From Macrostomum hystrix (taxonomy: Eukaryota > Animalia > Platyhelminthes), in NCBI GenBank assembly GCA_950097015.1, contig CATNEN010000012.1, forward strand, positions 62,001 to 126,000: a stretch of DNA of 64,000 bases. Reading direction: 5' to 3'. Both the position numbers and the translations under genes were made by a program. A model generated the notes under the pieces. The model saw only the letters and a list, made by a program, of their open reading frames with translations. It was not told the DNA's origin and searched no databases. Shown here in pieces: positions 39,225 through 64,000 of this stretch (position 1 is the first letter of the stretch; the number at the start of each line of letters is the position of its first letter).

Positions 39225-42200
39225 TCAAATGAGCACAACCATCTTGCGTATCTGGGCAATGTCCTTTCTAAGCGACTCCTCCAGCAGTTTGAGCTTGCCC
39301 TCAGTCACAGAGCGCATACTGCTCACAGTCTCATGGACAGTTGAAAAGCCCTCGCGCAGCTCCCGTTTGAGCTTGACCAGTTCAGAGCTTTGAGCACGGT
39401 AGAAACTGTCATAAAATTGCTGCACTTTCGACTCGAGCTCCTGGAATGGGGAGGGTGGACTAATTTTACAGGTGGTACGAACAGGCTCCCAGAGTTGCTA
39501 TTTGTAAACCAGAAGGTAGCTTGTAAAAATGGGTACCAGCACTAGCTGGGGTAGTAATTTAGCTGGGTGTGCCGACTGAACAGCTGTACACAGCCTTTGG
39601 ATGCGTCGCACAATAGCTGCGGCTGTGGCACTGGCTGAAGAGAATCCATCAGTTTAATAATATAATCCAGCAGTATAAAAATAGAAGGAGAATCTAGCAA
39701 CTTTAAAAAGTGAGAATCTAGCAGATAAAAAAATGAGAACCCAGCAGTATAAAAATAAAAGAGAATCCAGCAGTTTAAAAATAGATGGAGAATCCAGAAG
39801 TTTAAAAACAGAAGGGGAACCCAGCAGTTTAAAAATAGAAGGGGAACCCAGCAGTTTAAAAATAGAAGGAGAATCCAGCAGTCTAAAAATAGAAGGAGAA
39901 TCCAAAAGTTTAAAAAAAGAAATTTAGAAAGAGATGAATATAAACTGCAGTTAATAGAGAGCTGAATCTTATAATAATAATAATAATAAATTAAATGGGG
40001 CATCCCAGTCGCTTCATCAAAGGCGGCGTACCTGATGCGCCCTGGCTGTGGTGCTCTTATGCTTCTGGTGATCCTCCTCTAGTGCGGCTAGTCGAGCGAA
40101 CATGCTCTTCTCGAAGTCCAGGTGGTCGGCCTCGATCTTGTCCTAAAATTTAAAGAGTTTATTAGTTTCCTGAGAGAGTGAAGCCCACTAAAGCTGATTA
40201 GAAAACTGTACTGAAATTCGATTGGCCTATCGAAAGGCTAACATACCATTCTTGCATCCCTGGCGGCAATGTGCTTGTCCAGGTAGGCATAGACTCTGGT
40301 CTCCAATTTTTCAATCTCGGCGTTGACATGATTGCTGAGATTCTCCAATTGATGAGTGAGCTCGGCTACGACTTGGCGAGTCTTCACGTCCAACTGGCTG
40401 ATGTTCTTGCTGCTGACTTCCTCGGAGGCCTTGACCTGCATCGTGTTCTCCATACCCACGCGCTCCATGAAGCTGTGCAGCTCTGCCGTGCTCCGCTCCA
40501 TCTGGGCCAGCCGGTCGCGCAGCCGCTGATGCTCCTCGTTCTCGCTCTGCGACAGCATCCGGACCGTGTCGCCGTTCTGCTTGAGGTCTGCGGCCAGCTT
40601 GCCAATCGAGGCGTCGCATCGGGCCACCCGGCCGCGCAGATCCGTGATGCCCGCCACGTGGTGCGTCTCGAGAGTCTTGAGCGCCGAGCCCTGGCCCATG
40701 ATGCCCTGGTCGCGCTGCCTGATCTCGTCCTCCAGGTGCTGAGTAAGGGATCATTTTGGGATGTTGTCTTTTATTAGTTGAGCAATTCTTGTCCCAATAG
40801 CGTGTTGGGATACATTCTGCGTTTCGAATGGATCAAAGGGGAGTTTTTAGCCCATGAGCGACTAAAGCGTAAGACTTCTGACCTAGAGAGGTCGAAAGTT
40901 CGAATCTTAGAGGAAAGAAATGATTTTTTTATCCTTGGGAAGACACAAGCACACACATACCTTACACAGGCACACGCTCACATGGGTGTGTACATCTGAC
41001 CTGACTTTCTCATCGTCAGGCAGTGTACACTCTCACTGTGCCTTGGAGGCTGGCCCTCAAGGGCGTAAATTGCACAACAAGCCCCAAGCCTTCTCTCCGC
41101 GGCTGCGCCCCAAATAAATGTGGCCTCGCCGCGGAATCGAGCTTAGGGACCTTGGCACGAGAGGCGAACGCGTTAACCGCTTTGCCACCGACCCCTTGAC
41201 TTCCTTACATATCCCTAATATGAAGTTGCAATGATAAATAAAACATAATCTAATTTCCTAACGAACGCACATTTAAGAACGACAATTAAAGCAGGTAAAT
41301 ATTGTCCAAAAAGTGTCCATAGAACAGTAAAAAGTGAGATTTCCCAATCAGACATGCATATAGCTCGTACCATCGTATAGACTAGCCACTGACAACACAT
41401 TAATTCACTTTTTTTTTTTTTTTTTTTGATTACACCTGCCCCAATCGGGTCAGATGTGCAGCCGACAGCACAGCCGCAGCTATTGCGCGGCGCATCTGAA
41501 GGCTGCGTACGGCTGTTCAGTCCATGGACTGGGGGGACGCCACACCCACCTTCAATTATCCCAGCTAATGCTGGTACCCATTTAATAGCTGGGTGAACTG
41601 AAGCAATGCAGAGTTAAGTGTCTTGCTAAAGGACACAAATTGTTCCAGTGGAGACGGGAATCGAACCCCCGACCTTCAAGTCGTGAGTCCGACGCCCTAA
41701 CCACTAGGCTACAACCTCTCTTAATTCACTTCACCCACTTAAATAAGACATAAAATAATGCGATGATAAAAAATCAACGATAGCTAGATAGGCAGCGACA
41801 GAAAGGCATAATTACACAGACTTAGTGCTTGTTTATGACTCGCCTAGTAACGGGCACTTTCCAGCAACAAAGATTTGTGCACATTTTCTAGTTCAATTCA
41901 ATCTTGAAAGATTTGTGAAAGTGCAGAAACAAAACCGAAGGCAAGCAAAAATAAAGCAGAGAGTTGCAGAAAGTCTTCAAATGCACAACATGAAATTGTA
42001 ATCTCTCGCAGGTTACGTTTACCTTTCGCTTATTAATCATGGCTGAAATGATGATATAGTCAAATAAGTGTTGGAATTCATATGCAAATAAATTAAAATA
42101 AAATAAAATACGGAGGTGGGTCATGGATAAGAATCTCAGCCAGCGAAACCAATTGTTTCCTCACTTGAAAACTTACCTGTAGCTTGAGTTCACAAAGCTG

Positions 42201-43567
42201 TATAATAGGTTCCAGCATTAGCCATAATGATTAACGTAAAAATAATTATGATTTACTAGCATTATGATTAGTAAGGACGTGTTGATTCTATGCTAATTTT
42301 TGGTTTACAGAAGTTAATAAAGAGCATAAAAAGTAAAGTCTAAATAGAAGCAAATTGTGGTTCCGAGCTTTTGCCGCAGGAGCTTTTCCAGCAGGAGCTT
42401 TTCCAGCAGGAGCTTTTCCAGCAGGAGCTTTTAACGCAAGAAGCTTTTCCAGCAGGAGCTTTTCCAGCAGGAGCTTTTCCAGCAGGAGCTTTTCCAGCAG
42501 GAGCTTTTCCAGCAGGAGCTTTTCCAGCAGGAGCTTTTCCAGCTGGTGCTTTTGCCGCAGGAGCTTTTGCCGCAGCAGCTTTTCCAGCAGGAGCTTTTCC
42601 AGCAGGAGCTTTTGCTGCAGCAGCTTTTCCAGCAGGAGCTTTTCCAGCAGGAGCTTTTGCCGCAGCAGCTTTTCCAGCAGGAGCTTTTCCAGCAGGAGCT
42701 TTTGCCACAGCAGCTTTTCCAGCAGGAGCTTTTCCAGCTGGTGCTTTTGCCGCAGCAGCTTTTCCAGCAGGAGCTTTTCCAGCAGGAGCTTTTCCAGCAG
42801 GAGCTTTTAACGCAAGAAGCTTTTCCAGCAGGAGCTTTTCCAGCAGGAGCTTTTCCAGCAGGAGCTTTTCCAGCAGGAGCTTTTCCAGCAGGAGCTTTTC
42901 CAGCAGGAGCTTTCAGCATTTTCGTTAATTATAATAGAGGTTCGCGGGAGGTTTAGACAGAGCAACGTGAATTATCCTTGACACCAGGTTCTTCGACAAG
43001 ACTCGCTGAATATCTCGGGTTGGCTTTGAAAGTCCATCGTCAGCATCTTACATTGTAAAGGGCGGAAAATTTTGATCCACATGGTGGATTTTTCCCAAAA
43101 GTCGGTGATTCGGTTTGGGAGCGATCTTGAAGTAGGCAGTATTTGGAATATTCCCGTGGAGTTTCCCTAGGGGGAAAATGGCGTTGTTTTAATCTACTGT
43201 TAAAGGAAAAGATATAAAAGACGCAGGCTGATAATCTCTGGTTGAACCTTACCTTAATATCCTTTCCCATCTGCTTGACAACCGCCGTGACAGTTCTAAT
43301 GTGGTCCTGCAGCAGCTCCCTGGCGTCCTTCTCCTCCTGCCAGGTGCCGTGCGTGTAGGTCATGTTCTCCATGATCTCAGATTTCATCTTCACCGACTTC
43401 TCTAGCAGGCTGCGCAGGGAGCTCTCGGCCTGCACCAGGCGGGCCTCGAGGTCCTCCAGTCGGTTGCCGCCGGCAACGTAGCGAACAGTGGGCTGGTAGG
43501 AGTCGTCGTAGGTTGTGCGCAGGTGCGGCAGAATGCCACCCCGCGACTGCGACCGCGGCGACGTCAT
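39225..43567 (-). CDS. FAM81A: FAM81A/B-like coiled-coil protein (~377 aa), 4 exons
   Basis: Exons 43567(ATG; acceptor upstream at 43622-43621)-43253, 40738-40247, 40142-40032, 39440-39225, all phase 0 GT-AG. Motifs LLQDHIRTVTAVVKQM and SALKTLE...DLRGRVARCDASI match recalled FAM81 sequence. A/B paralog not assignable; an upstream exon may extend the N-terminus. Confidence 0.88.
39523..39640 (+). mobile_element. Degenerate 3-prime fragment of SINE family 1
   Basis: aaatgggtaccagcactagctggg...gactgaacagctgtacacagcc...caatagctgcggctgt aligns to the body of the two full copies, opposite orientation. Confidence 0.7.
39665..39915. repeat. 27-bp degenerate minisatellite CCAGCAGTTTAAAAATAGAAGGAGAAT in FAM81 intron
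   Basis: Direct. Confidence 0.85.
40920..41196 (-). mobile_element. Putative second tRNA-derived SINE (different body)
   Basis: Minus-strand head GGGGTCGGTGGCAAAGCGGTTAACGCG...GCTCGATTCCGCGG with A- and B-box-like motifs, followed by an unrelated body and TG-rich/A-rich end; single copy in window. Confidence 0.5.
41411..41720 (-). mobile_element. tRNA-derived SINE, family 1, with poly(A) tail and TSD
   Basis: Near-identical to the 38.3 kb copy; poly-T on plus at ~41409-41427; perfect 11-bp TSD TTAATTCACTT at 41400-41410 and 41721-41731; in FAM81 intron. Confidence 0.92.
42368..42915. repeat. 15-bp minisatellite GCAGGAGCTTTTCCA in FAM81 intron
   Basis: Direct. Confidence 0.95.
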
Positions 43568-45010
43568 AACGGCTGTCTGGAGCTGCTGCGATTGGTTGAA
43601 GAACACTGGCTGCGGCTGAGCTGGAAGAAGCAGGTTTTATGTTTTTTATTTTGTTGGTTTACATAATTTAAACAATAACACTGATGCTAATACCTGTAAC
43701 TATTCGTAATTGTCGAATAAGATCTTGTGTGTGAGATTTTGCTGAACATACAGTGGCGTATTTTTTTTCATTATTCTAGAGAAGAAACAACAATTTCGAC
43801 AAATAATATGTGTTACCAATTTTTTCATTTGCAACGCAATATTATATATTTTATTTCTAGTAGTAAAACGCACGTGTTCAAATGGACATGGAAGAGAGAG
43901 TCCCATTTTATCAATTAATATAATTATTTAAATTTCTAATTAGTAATATGTGTACGTAGCAAGTTTGTAATACAAATAACCAATTGGAATATGTAGTAAG
44001 GAAAACCACAGTCTTGTAAAATTTCAAACCAAATTTCCCATATTTTTTTAGTTTTTATGTATATATGGTCAGAAAAATAGTATTTTAGGGGCACAAAAAG
44101 TTTCCCATTGAACATCAAATCTCGGTTCAGAACGGTACAAATGGTTGTCGACAAGAGTAGCGGGTATAAATAAACATGAAATAACTAATCAATACCAGTT
44201 CACCCAAAAGTTGCCAACAAAAATAAATCTGAACGAATGATTTTACGTTTTAAAGTTTCATGCTTTGAAATGGGTCTAACGTACAAAATAACGTAACGTA
44301 CAATGCTTCGTACAAAATTTGTAAAAAGTAGAATTTTTTTTAAACTATCGCGAGCAACATATTAGACTTTAATAGCCGATATAAACGACAAAACTGTGTC
44401 CGTTGACATCAACAACAACAATACTGCATTGTCACTTCTTAGAGAATTTAGTAAACAGCATTTGCATTTACAACACTTGTTAATAAAATGATTCACATAT
44501 TCTACATCAAATTTGCTAGAGTAACATTTTATATTAAGTATATACACGTTCAAAGTAAAAAAAAGATTTCTAGAGTAGTAAATTGAAAATAAATTAACTA
44601 TAAAGATCACACTTTTTGGAAAGGAACTACTTTGGTGACGCAAGATTTGTTTATGGTTGTTCCATTTCTAAACGTAGTTTTTCTACGAACTACATATTCG
44701 ATAAAGGACCTTTAAACATTCGCATAAATCTGAAAGTTTTAGCTACAGATTTAAAATGGTGTATAAATATTAAAGACAATTTTTAATACGTTACTACGCG
44801 CATCGATTACTCGTTATTAATAGTGGTTGTTGTTTCTCTACTTTTTTTACTATGGTTCCTTAATGGTTTACCCGTCCACGCAGGTTGAAAAACGGGAACC
44901 GTAAAATGTTACATATGCAATTCTTTCAAAACCGGTTTATCCACTCTATATTATCGTTTTCTTTTATGAGATCAAGACTATTTCTAATCGCTTTTTCGAG
45001 TCTTTCGAGG

Positions 45011-45024
45011 GTTGCTAGGGTAAG
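45011..45024. promoter_or_regulatory. X-box-like motif between divergent FAM81 and LDAH
   Basis: GTTGCTAGGGTAAG, near-consensus; also overlaps a possible + strand splice donor (gtaagc). Confidence 0.3.
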
Positions 45025-45605
45025 CTTTTCGATTTTTAGAATTACAATCACATGTAAATGTTTCCGAATTCGAACTTTATAATACAATTGGGATTGTCTA
45101 AGGATTTCTGCATAGCGCCATTCCTCTGTATAGGTAAATTAAAATGGAATATGTGCTTTCATGAGTTAGGTTACTTGATATGAATTTGTTTGCTTCTGAC
45201 GCAAGGCAATCATATCATGGTGCAAGACAACAAAGTTTGGCATTATAATTCTTGACAACAAAAACATAGTACATATATGTATATATATGTTGGCACTTAG
45301 GAGATCTAAAAGGTCAGGTCAATAGAAACTAAAACAAGTCTGTGCACACAAAGTTAAAAGATTGCAACTAGTATTGTATTATTCCGTTAATTACATTTTA
45401 GGTTGTATATTTCATTTTATTGTTAAAAAATGCTAAACATATCGTTTTTAATTATATTCAATTGTTTGCATTTCTTTCATTTTCAATGAAAAATGTTTAG
45501 TATTCTAGTTTTTGTTTTTCTGTATTTTATACTTTAAGTACTATGGACTCAATATAAAATAAAATATTTTATTCTTTTTTTTTGCAGTCCTATCTCAATA
45601 AATCA

Positions 45606-46864
45606 ATGCTACCAGCTGCAACTGCTTCCACTGCCCAGTTGCGTCGCTTTGAGTCGCCAGAGACCTCCCTGTACAAACTGGAAGCCCCAGGCAGTGACTG
45701 GTATGCTGTAATCATTCCTGGAAATCCTGGCATTGTTGGCTACTATGAATCGTTCATGCAGTCACTATGGACGAATCTGAATGGTCGGGTTCACATTTGG
45801 GCACTTAGTCATCGGGGCCATAATAATACAAATGGTACCAGCAAAAGATACTCGCTGGCTGAGCAGATTGAACACAAGGCTCAGTTTTTGGAGACTGCTC
45901 TGCCTGAAAATGTAAGATTTTTGTTTTTTTGTTTTGATAATTATTTTAACTACTTATATGAGTAGTGACGCACAATTTGTTGATACTTAACCTAGTCTAG
46001 ATACAGCCGCAGTTAATGCGCGGCGCTTCTGAACGCTGTGTACACTAAGCAAATTATTGTACCCATTATACAGATGACTGTAATAAAACAATTAAGAATT
46101 AACTGACTTACTCCAAGACACTGATTTGTTTCGCTGAAGTTGAGTTTCGAACTCCCGACCTCTCGATCAGAAACTTGACGCTTTAACCACTGGGTCACGT
46201 TACATTTGTTATGATACATTGCTAATCGCAACCTTCAATTCAGGCTCGCATTGTACTGATTGGCCATTCCATCGGCAGCCAGATGATACTGGAACTGTTG
46301 CGACGCCGGGTCCGCGGCACCGACCGAGTGGCCCGCTGCCTGCTGCTCTTCCCAACCATCGAGCGGATGCGCGAGTCGCCCCAGGGCCGCCTGGCCACGC
46401 CGGTGCTGGCGGTGGCGCCGCTGCGCTGGTTGGCGGTGGCGCTGGTGGCCTTGCTGACGCTGCTGATCCCTTTGTCCTGGCGGCGCACCATCGCCGCCCG
46501 CTGCCTCGCCTTAGTCGGTCATTCTAAAGCTGGCGCTGGCGCTGTCGACGCCACCCAGCGGCTATTGTCGCCTGGCGTCCTTGGCAACGTCCTGTACATG
46601 GCGCACACGGAGATGCGCGAAGTTCGCCAGCCGGATCTGGACACGATTCGGCACTGGTCGGATCGGATTCTGCTCTACTACGGCGCGGACGATCACTGGT
46701 GCCCCCTGAGCTACTGGTCCGACATGCGGCGAAGCTGTCCGGAGGTCGACGCCCGACTCGACGGGCTGGGCGTGGCGCACGCCTTCGTTCTTGAGCACTC
46801 GGATGAGATGGCTGACCTGTGCGCCGGCTGGGTTTCGGAATGCATGAAGTCAACTTCTAACTAA
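45606..46864 (+). CDS. LDAH: Lipid droplet-associated hydrolase-like (alpha/beta hydrolase, ~308 aa), 2 exons
   Basis: Exons 45606-45911 (gtaaga donor) and 46244-46864 (ttcag acceptor). IIPGNPGIVGYY, GHSIG nucleophile, LLFPTIERM..SPQG, YYGADDHWCP (Asp), HAF (His). Confidence 0.9.
45995..46202 (-). mobile_element. Degenerate SINE family 1 copy in LDAH intron
   Basis: Minus strand: tRNA-like head cagtggttaaagcgtc...gggagttcgaaac, then tataatgggtac and gcgccgcgcattaactgcggctgt. Confidence 0.65.
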
Positions 46865-47273
46865 ACCATTTCGCAACATATCGGGTAGGAGTACTAATTC
46901 TAGGAGCTTAATATAGATTTTCGATTTTAATCATTGATTTCTTCAAATGCTGATTTGTTATAGTAATGCAAACTGGAAATACGAGTACTTAATTGAGATG
47001 CCGTCGCGGTATTTACCGTGTCGAGATTTCTCTGCCCTTGCTTTGTTACCTAGACAGACGTGAACTGATTAATCGTTAAATCTGCATTTCCTATTTCTTT
47101 AATTTGTGTACTCTTTGCACTACCCATGATTTTAGCTCTATTTTTTTAAATACAGAAGTTCATTGCAGTCTCTGTTAAACAGCGCGTTTTAATTAGAAAG
47201 TAATTAATTTGCACTTGCAACAACATTTCGACGTGAAACAAAACATAAGCTTTTGCCTTAGTATATTTCGCTA

Positions 47274-47886
47274 GTGAAACTTCAGGGAAATGAAACTTCA
47301 GGGAAGTGAAACTTCAGGGAAGTGAAACTTCAGGGAAGTGAAACTTCAGGGAAGTGAAACTTCAGGGAAGTGAAACTTCAGGGAAGTGAAACTTCAGGGA
47401 AGTGAAACTTCATGGAAGTTTGAAACTTCAGGGAAGTGAAACTTCAGGGAAGTGAAACTTCAGGGAAGTGAAACTTCAGGGAAGTGAAACTTCATGGAAG
47501 TTTGAAACTTCAGGGAAGTGAAACTTCAGGGAAGTGATACTCCAGGGAAGTTTGAAACTTCAGGGAAGTGAAACTTCAGGGAAGTGAAACTTCAGGGAAG
47601 TGAAACTTCAGGGAAGTGAAACTTCAGGGAAGTGAAACTTCAGGGAAGTGAAACTTCAGGGAAGTGAAACTTCAGGGAAGTGAAACTTCAGGGAAGTGAA
47701 ACTTCAGGGAAGTGAAACTTCAGGGAAGTGAAACTTCATGGAAGTGAAACTTCAAGGAAGTGAAACTTCAGGGAAGTGAAACTTCAGGGAAGTGAAACTT
47801 CAGGGAAGTGAAACTTCAGGGAAGTGAAACTTCAGGGAAGTGAAACTTCAGGGAAGTGAAACTTCAGGGAAGTGAAACTTCAGGAA
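47274..47886. repeat. 16-bp minisatellite GTGAAACTTCAGGGAA
   Basis: Direct. Confidence 0.97.
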
Positions 47887-48394
47887 GGGCAAGCTCAAAT
47901 GTTTTCTTTGATCTTTATTTGCAGAGGGTAAGTATCAAAAAGGTTTTTTCTGTGCCTATCAGCAGTTTCTATTCCCACGAAGGTAGGTCTCAATTGAAAG
48001 TTCTCAGATTAATCAAGTGGCAGATCTGCTGAGGTTAGCCAATAGGCGTGCAAATGCGTTGAATTATTAAACTCCGACAACTCTCTGACAGATTGATTGG
48101 CACGCGACTCGTGTAGTTCCAGTGTTGGAGGAACTTGACCGACAAAGTGGAGAAATCTGTTGGCATGTATGCTGAGTTGCATAATTTATGCTAAATTAAA
48201 TAGACTGATTTTAGTAGGACACCGATTTGCATTTGCATTTGCACTGGTGCACTCAGAATAACAAGAGTATCTTGAAGGATTCTATTTATAAATAGCATCT
48301 CTATCTTGTAGATAATGCACTCAGCATTTTTTTAAGATCATTTCAGATACAGATGCATTTGTGGGATTGACAGTGTAAAATATGGAGACATGAA

Positions 48395-49288
48395 CAAAAG
48401 TAACAGTGAGATTGTGTAAGATACGAGTAGATGAACAAGATAAACAGAGATAGACTGTATGAGATATGAGAGATGAACAGAATAGGCAGTGAGATTGTGT
48501 GAGACATGGAGAGATGAACAGAATAAACTGAGAGATAGACTGTATGAGATATGAGAGATGAACAGAATAGGCAGTGAGATTGTGTGAGACATGGAGAGAT
48601 GAACAGAATAAACTGAGAGATAGACTGTATGAGATATGAGAGATGAACAGAATAGGCAGTGAGATTGTGTGAGACATGGAGAGATGAACAGAATAAACTG
48701 AGAGATAGACTGTATGAGATATGAGAGATGAACAGAATAGGCAGTGAGATTGTGTGAGACATGGAGAGATGAACAGAATAAACTGAGAGATAGACTGTAT
48801 GAGATATGAGAGATGAACAGAATAGGCAGTGAGATTGTGTGAGACATGGAGAGATGAACAGAATAAACTGAGAGATAGACTGTATGAGATATGGAGAGAT
48901 GAACAAGATAAACTGAGAGATAGACAGTGTGAGATAAGGAGAGATGAACAAGATAAACTGAGAGATAGACAGTGTGAGATATGGAGAGATGAACAAGATA
49001 AACTGAGAGATAGACAGTGTGAGATATGAGAGATGAAAAAGATAAACTGAGAGATAGACAGTGTGAGATATGAGAGATGAACAAGATAAACTGAGAGATA
49101 GACAGTGTGAGATAAGGAGAGATGAACAAGATAAACTGAGAGATAGACAGTGTGAGATATGAGAGATGAACAAGATAAACTGAGAGATAGACAGTGTGAG
49201 ATATGGAGAGATGAACAAGATAAACTGAGAGATAGACAGTGTGAGATATGAGAGATGAACAAGATAAACTGAGAGATAGACTGTGAGA
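48395..49288. repeat. 41/44-bp alternating (85-bp dimer) then ~43-45-bp minisatellite GAGATGAACA...GTGAGATATG
   Basis: Direct. Confidence 0.93.
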
Positions 49289-49731
49289 TTGGAACAGAAT
49301 GCTCTGTGAGTGGAGCGTTTTTCGTGAGAAGAAGAAAGAGTACTGCTTTTTAGAAAGAAAAAACTAAAAGTTTGATCTATTTGAATTACCGCCAGATGCA
49401 ACTTATCGCAATGATTACTAAAATCATTGCAGCACAATGCCCTTTGTAATTGAAGTTATAATTGCTTTTGTGTTTTATTTCTTTTATTTTTCAGTTTTCA
49501 ATGGCGCGAACATTAAGTTGTTAAATTTGATTGTGCACAGACAGGGAGAAGCAGATACTCAGCGTATTATATTTTTATTGGGAATATTTGTATTATTAAG
49601 GTCTGGGATATGAGACATTTCTCAGCAAGCCTTTATAAATAGAATGTTGCATCTCTGCCTGCCTGTCTGTCTGTCAGGCAGCCGCGGTGACATGGCGGCC
49701 TTGCGATCGAAGTGCGCTCAACGGCCTGAAC

Positions 49732-63864
<14,133 letters not shown>

Positions 63865-64000
63865 TGGCGCAGTCTAGTTAGTTAGTATTTTTCAAGGTGA
63901 CGACCGCGGTGGATACGGGAGTACCTTGAAAATTGCATTCGTTTAGTCAGATTAGGTCAGATTTACACTTGCGATACTACATTACGATTCTTACGAGTAA

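Noticed and set aside
42340-42956. (KAPAG)n histone-H1-like or (AFPAG)n ORFs
   Set aside because: 15-bp satellite inside a FAM81 intron.

Overview
Eukaryotic (animal) genomic DNA. About half of the window (hand estimate ~31 kb) is mini/microsatellite arrays, and these generate almost all long ORFs in the supplied track. The satellite-rich, GC-rich-exon style suggests a free-living flatworm such as Macrostomum (inference only). Five genes are supported: an intronless B-type muscarinic acetylcholine receptor (+, 27477-29825), CCDC34-like (-, 36811-38154), FAM81-like (-, 4 exons, 39225-43567), LDAH-like lipase (+, 2 exons, 45606-46864), and a gene invisible to the ORF track: a secreted neuropeptide-type prohormone on the minus strand (49732-63864). 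It has a signal-peptide exon, a 33-nt linker micro-exon, eight 36-nt phase-2 micro-exons each encoding one copy of KR-FSAPQAFDW, and a terminal exon encoding (K)RSAEDE*. All differences among the eight copies within complete codons are synonymous. Several tRNA-derived SINEs (two with target-site duplications), RFX X-box motifs and a long hairpin are also present.
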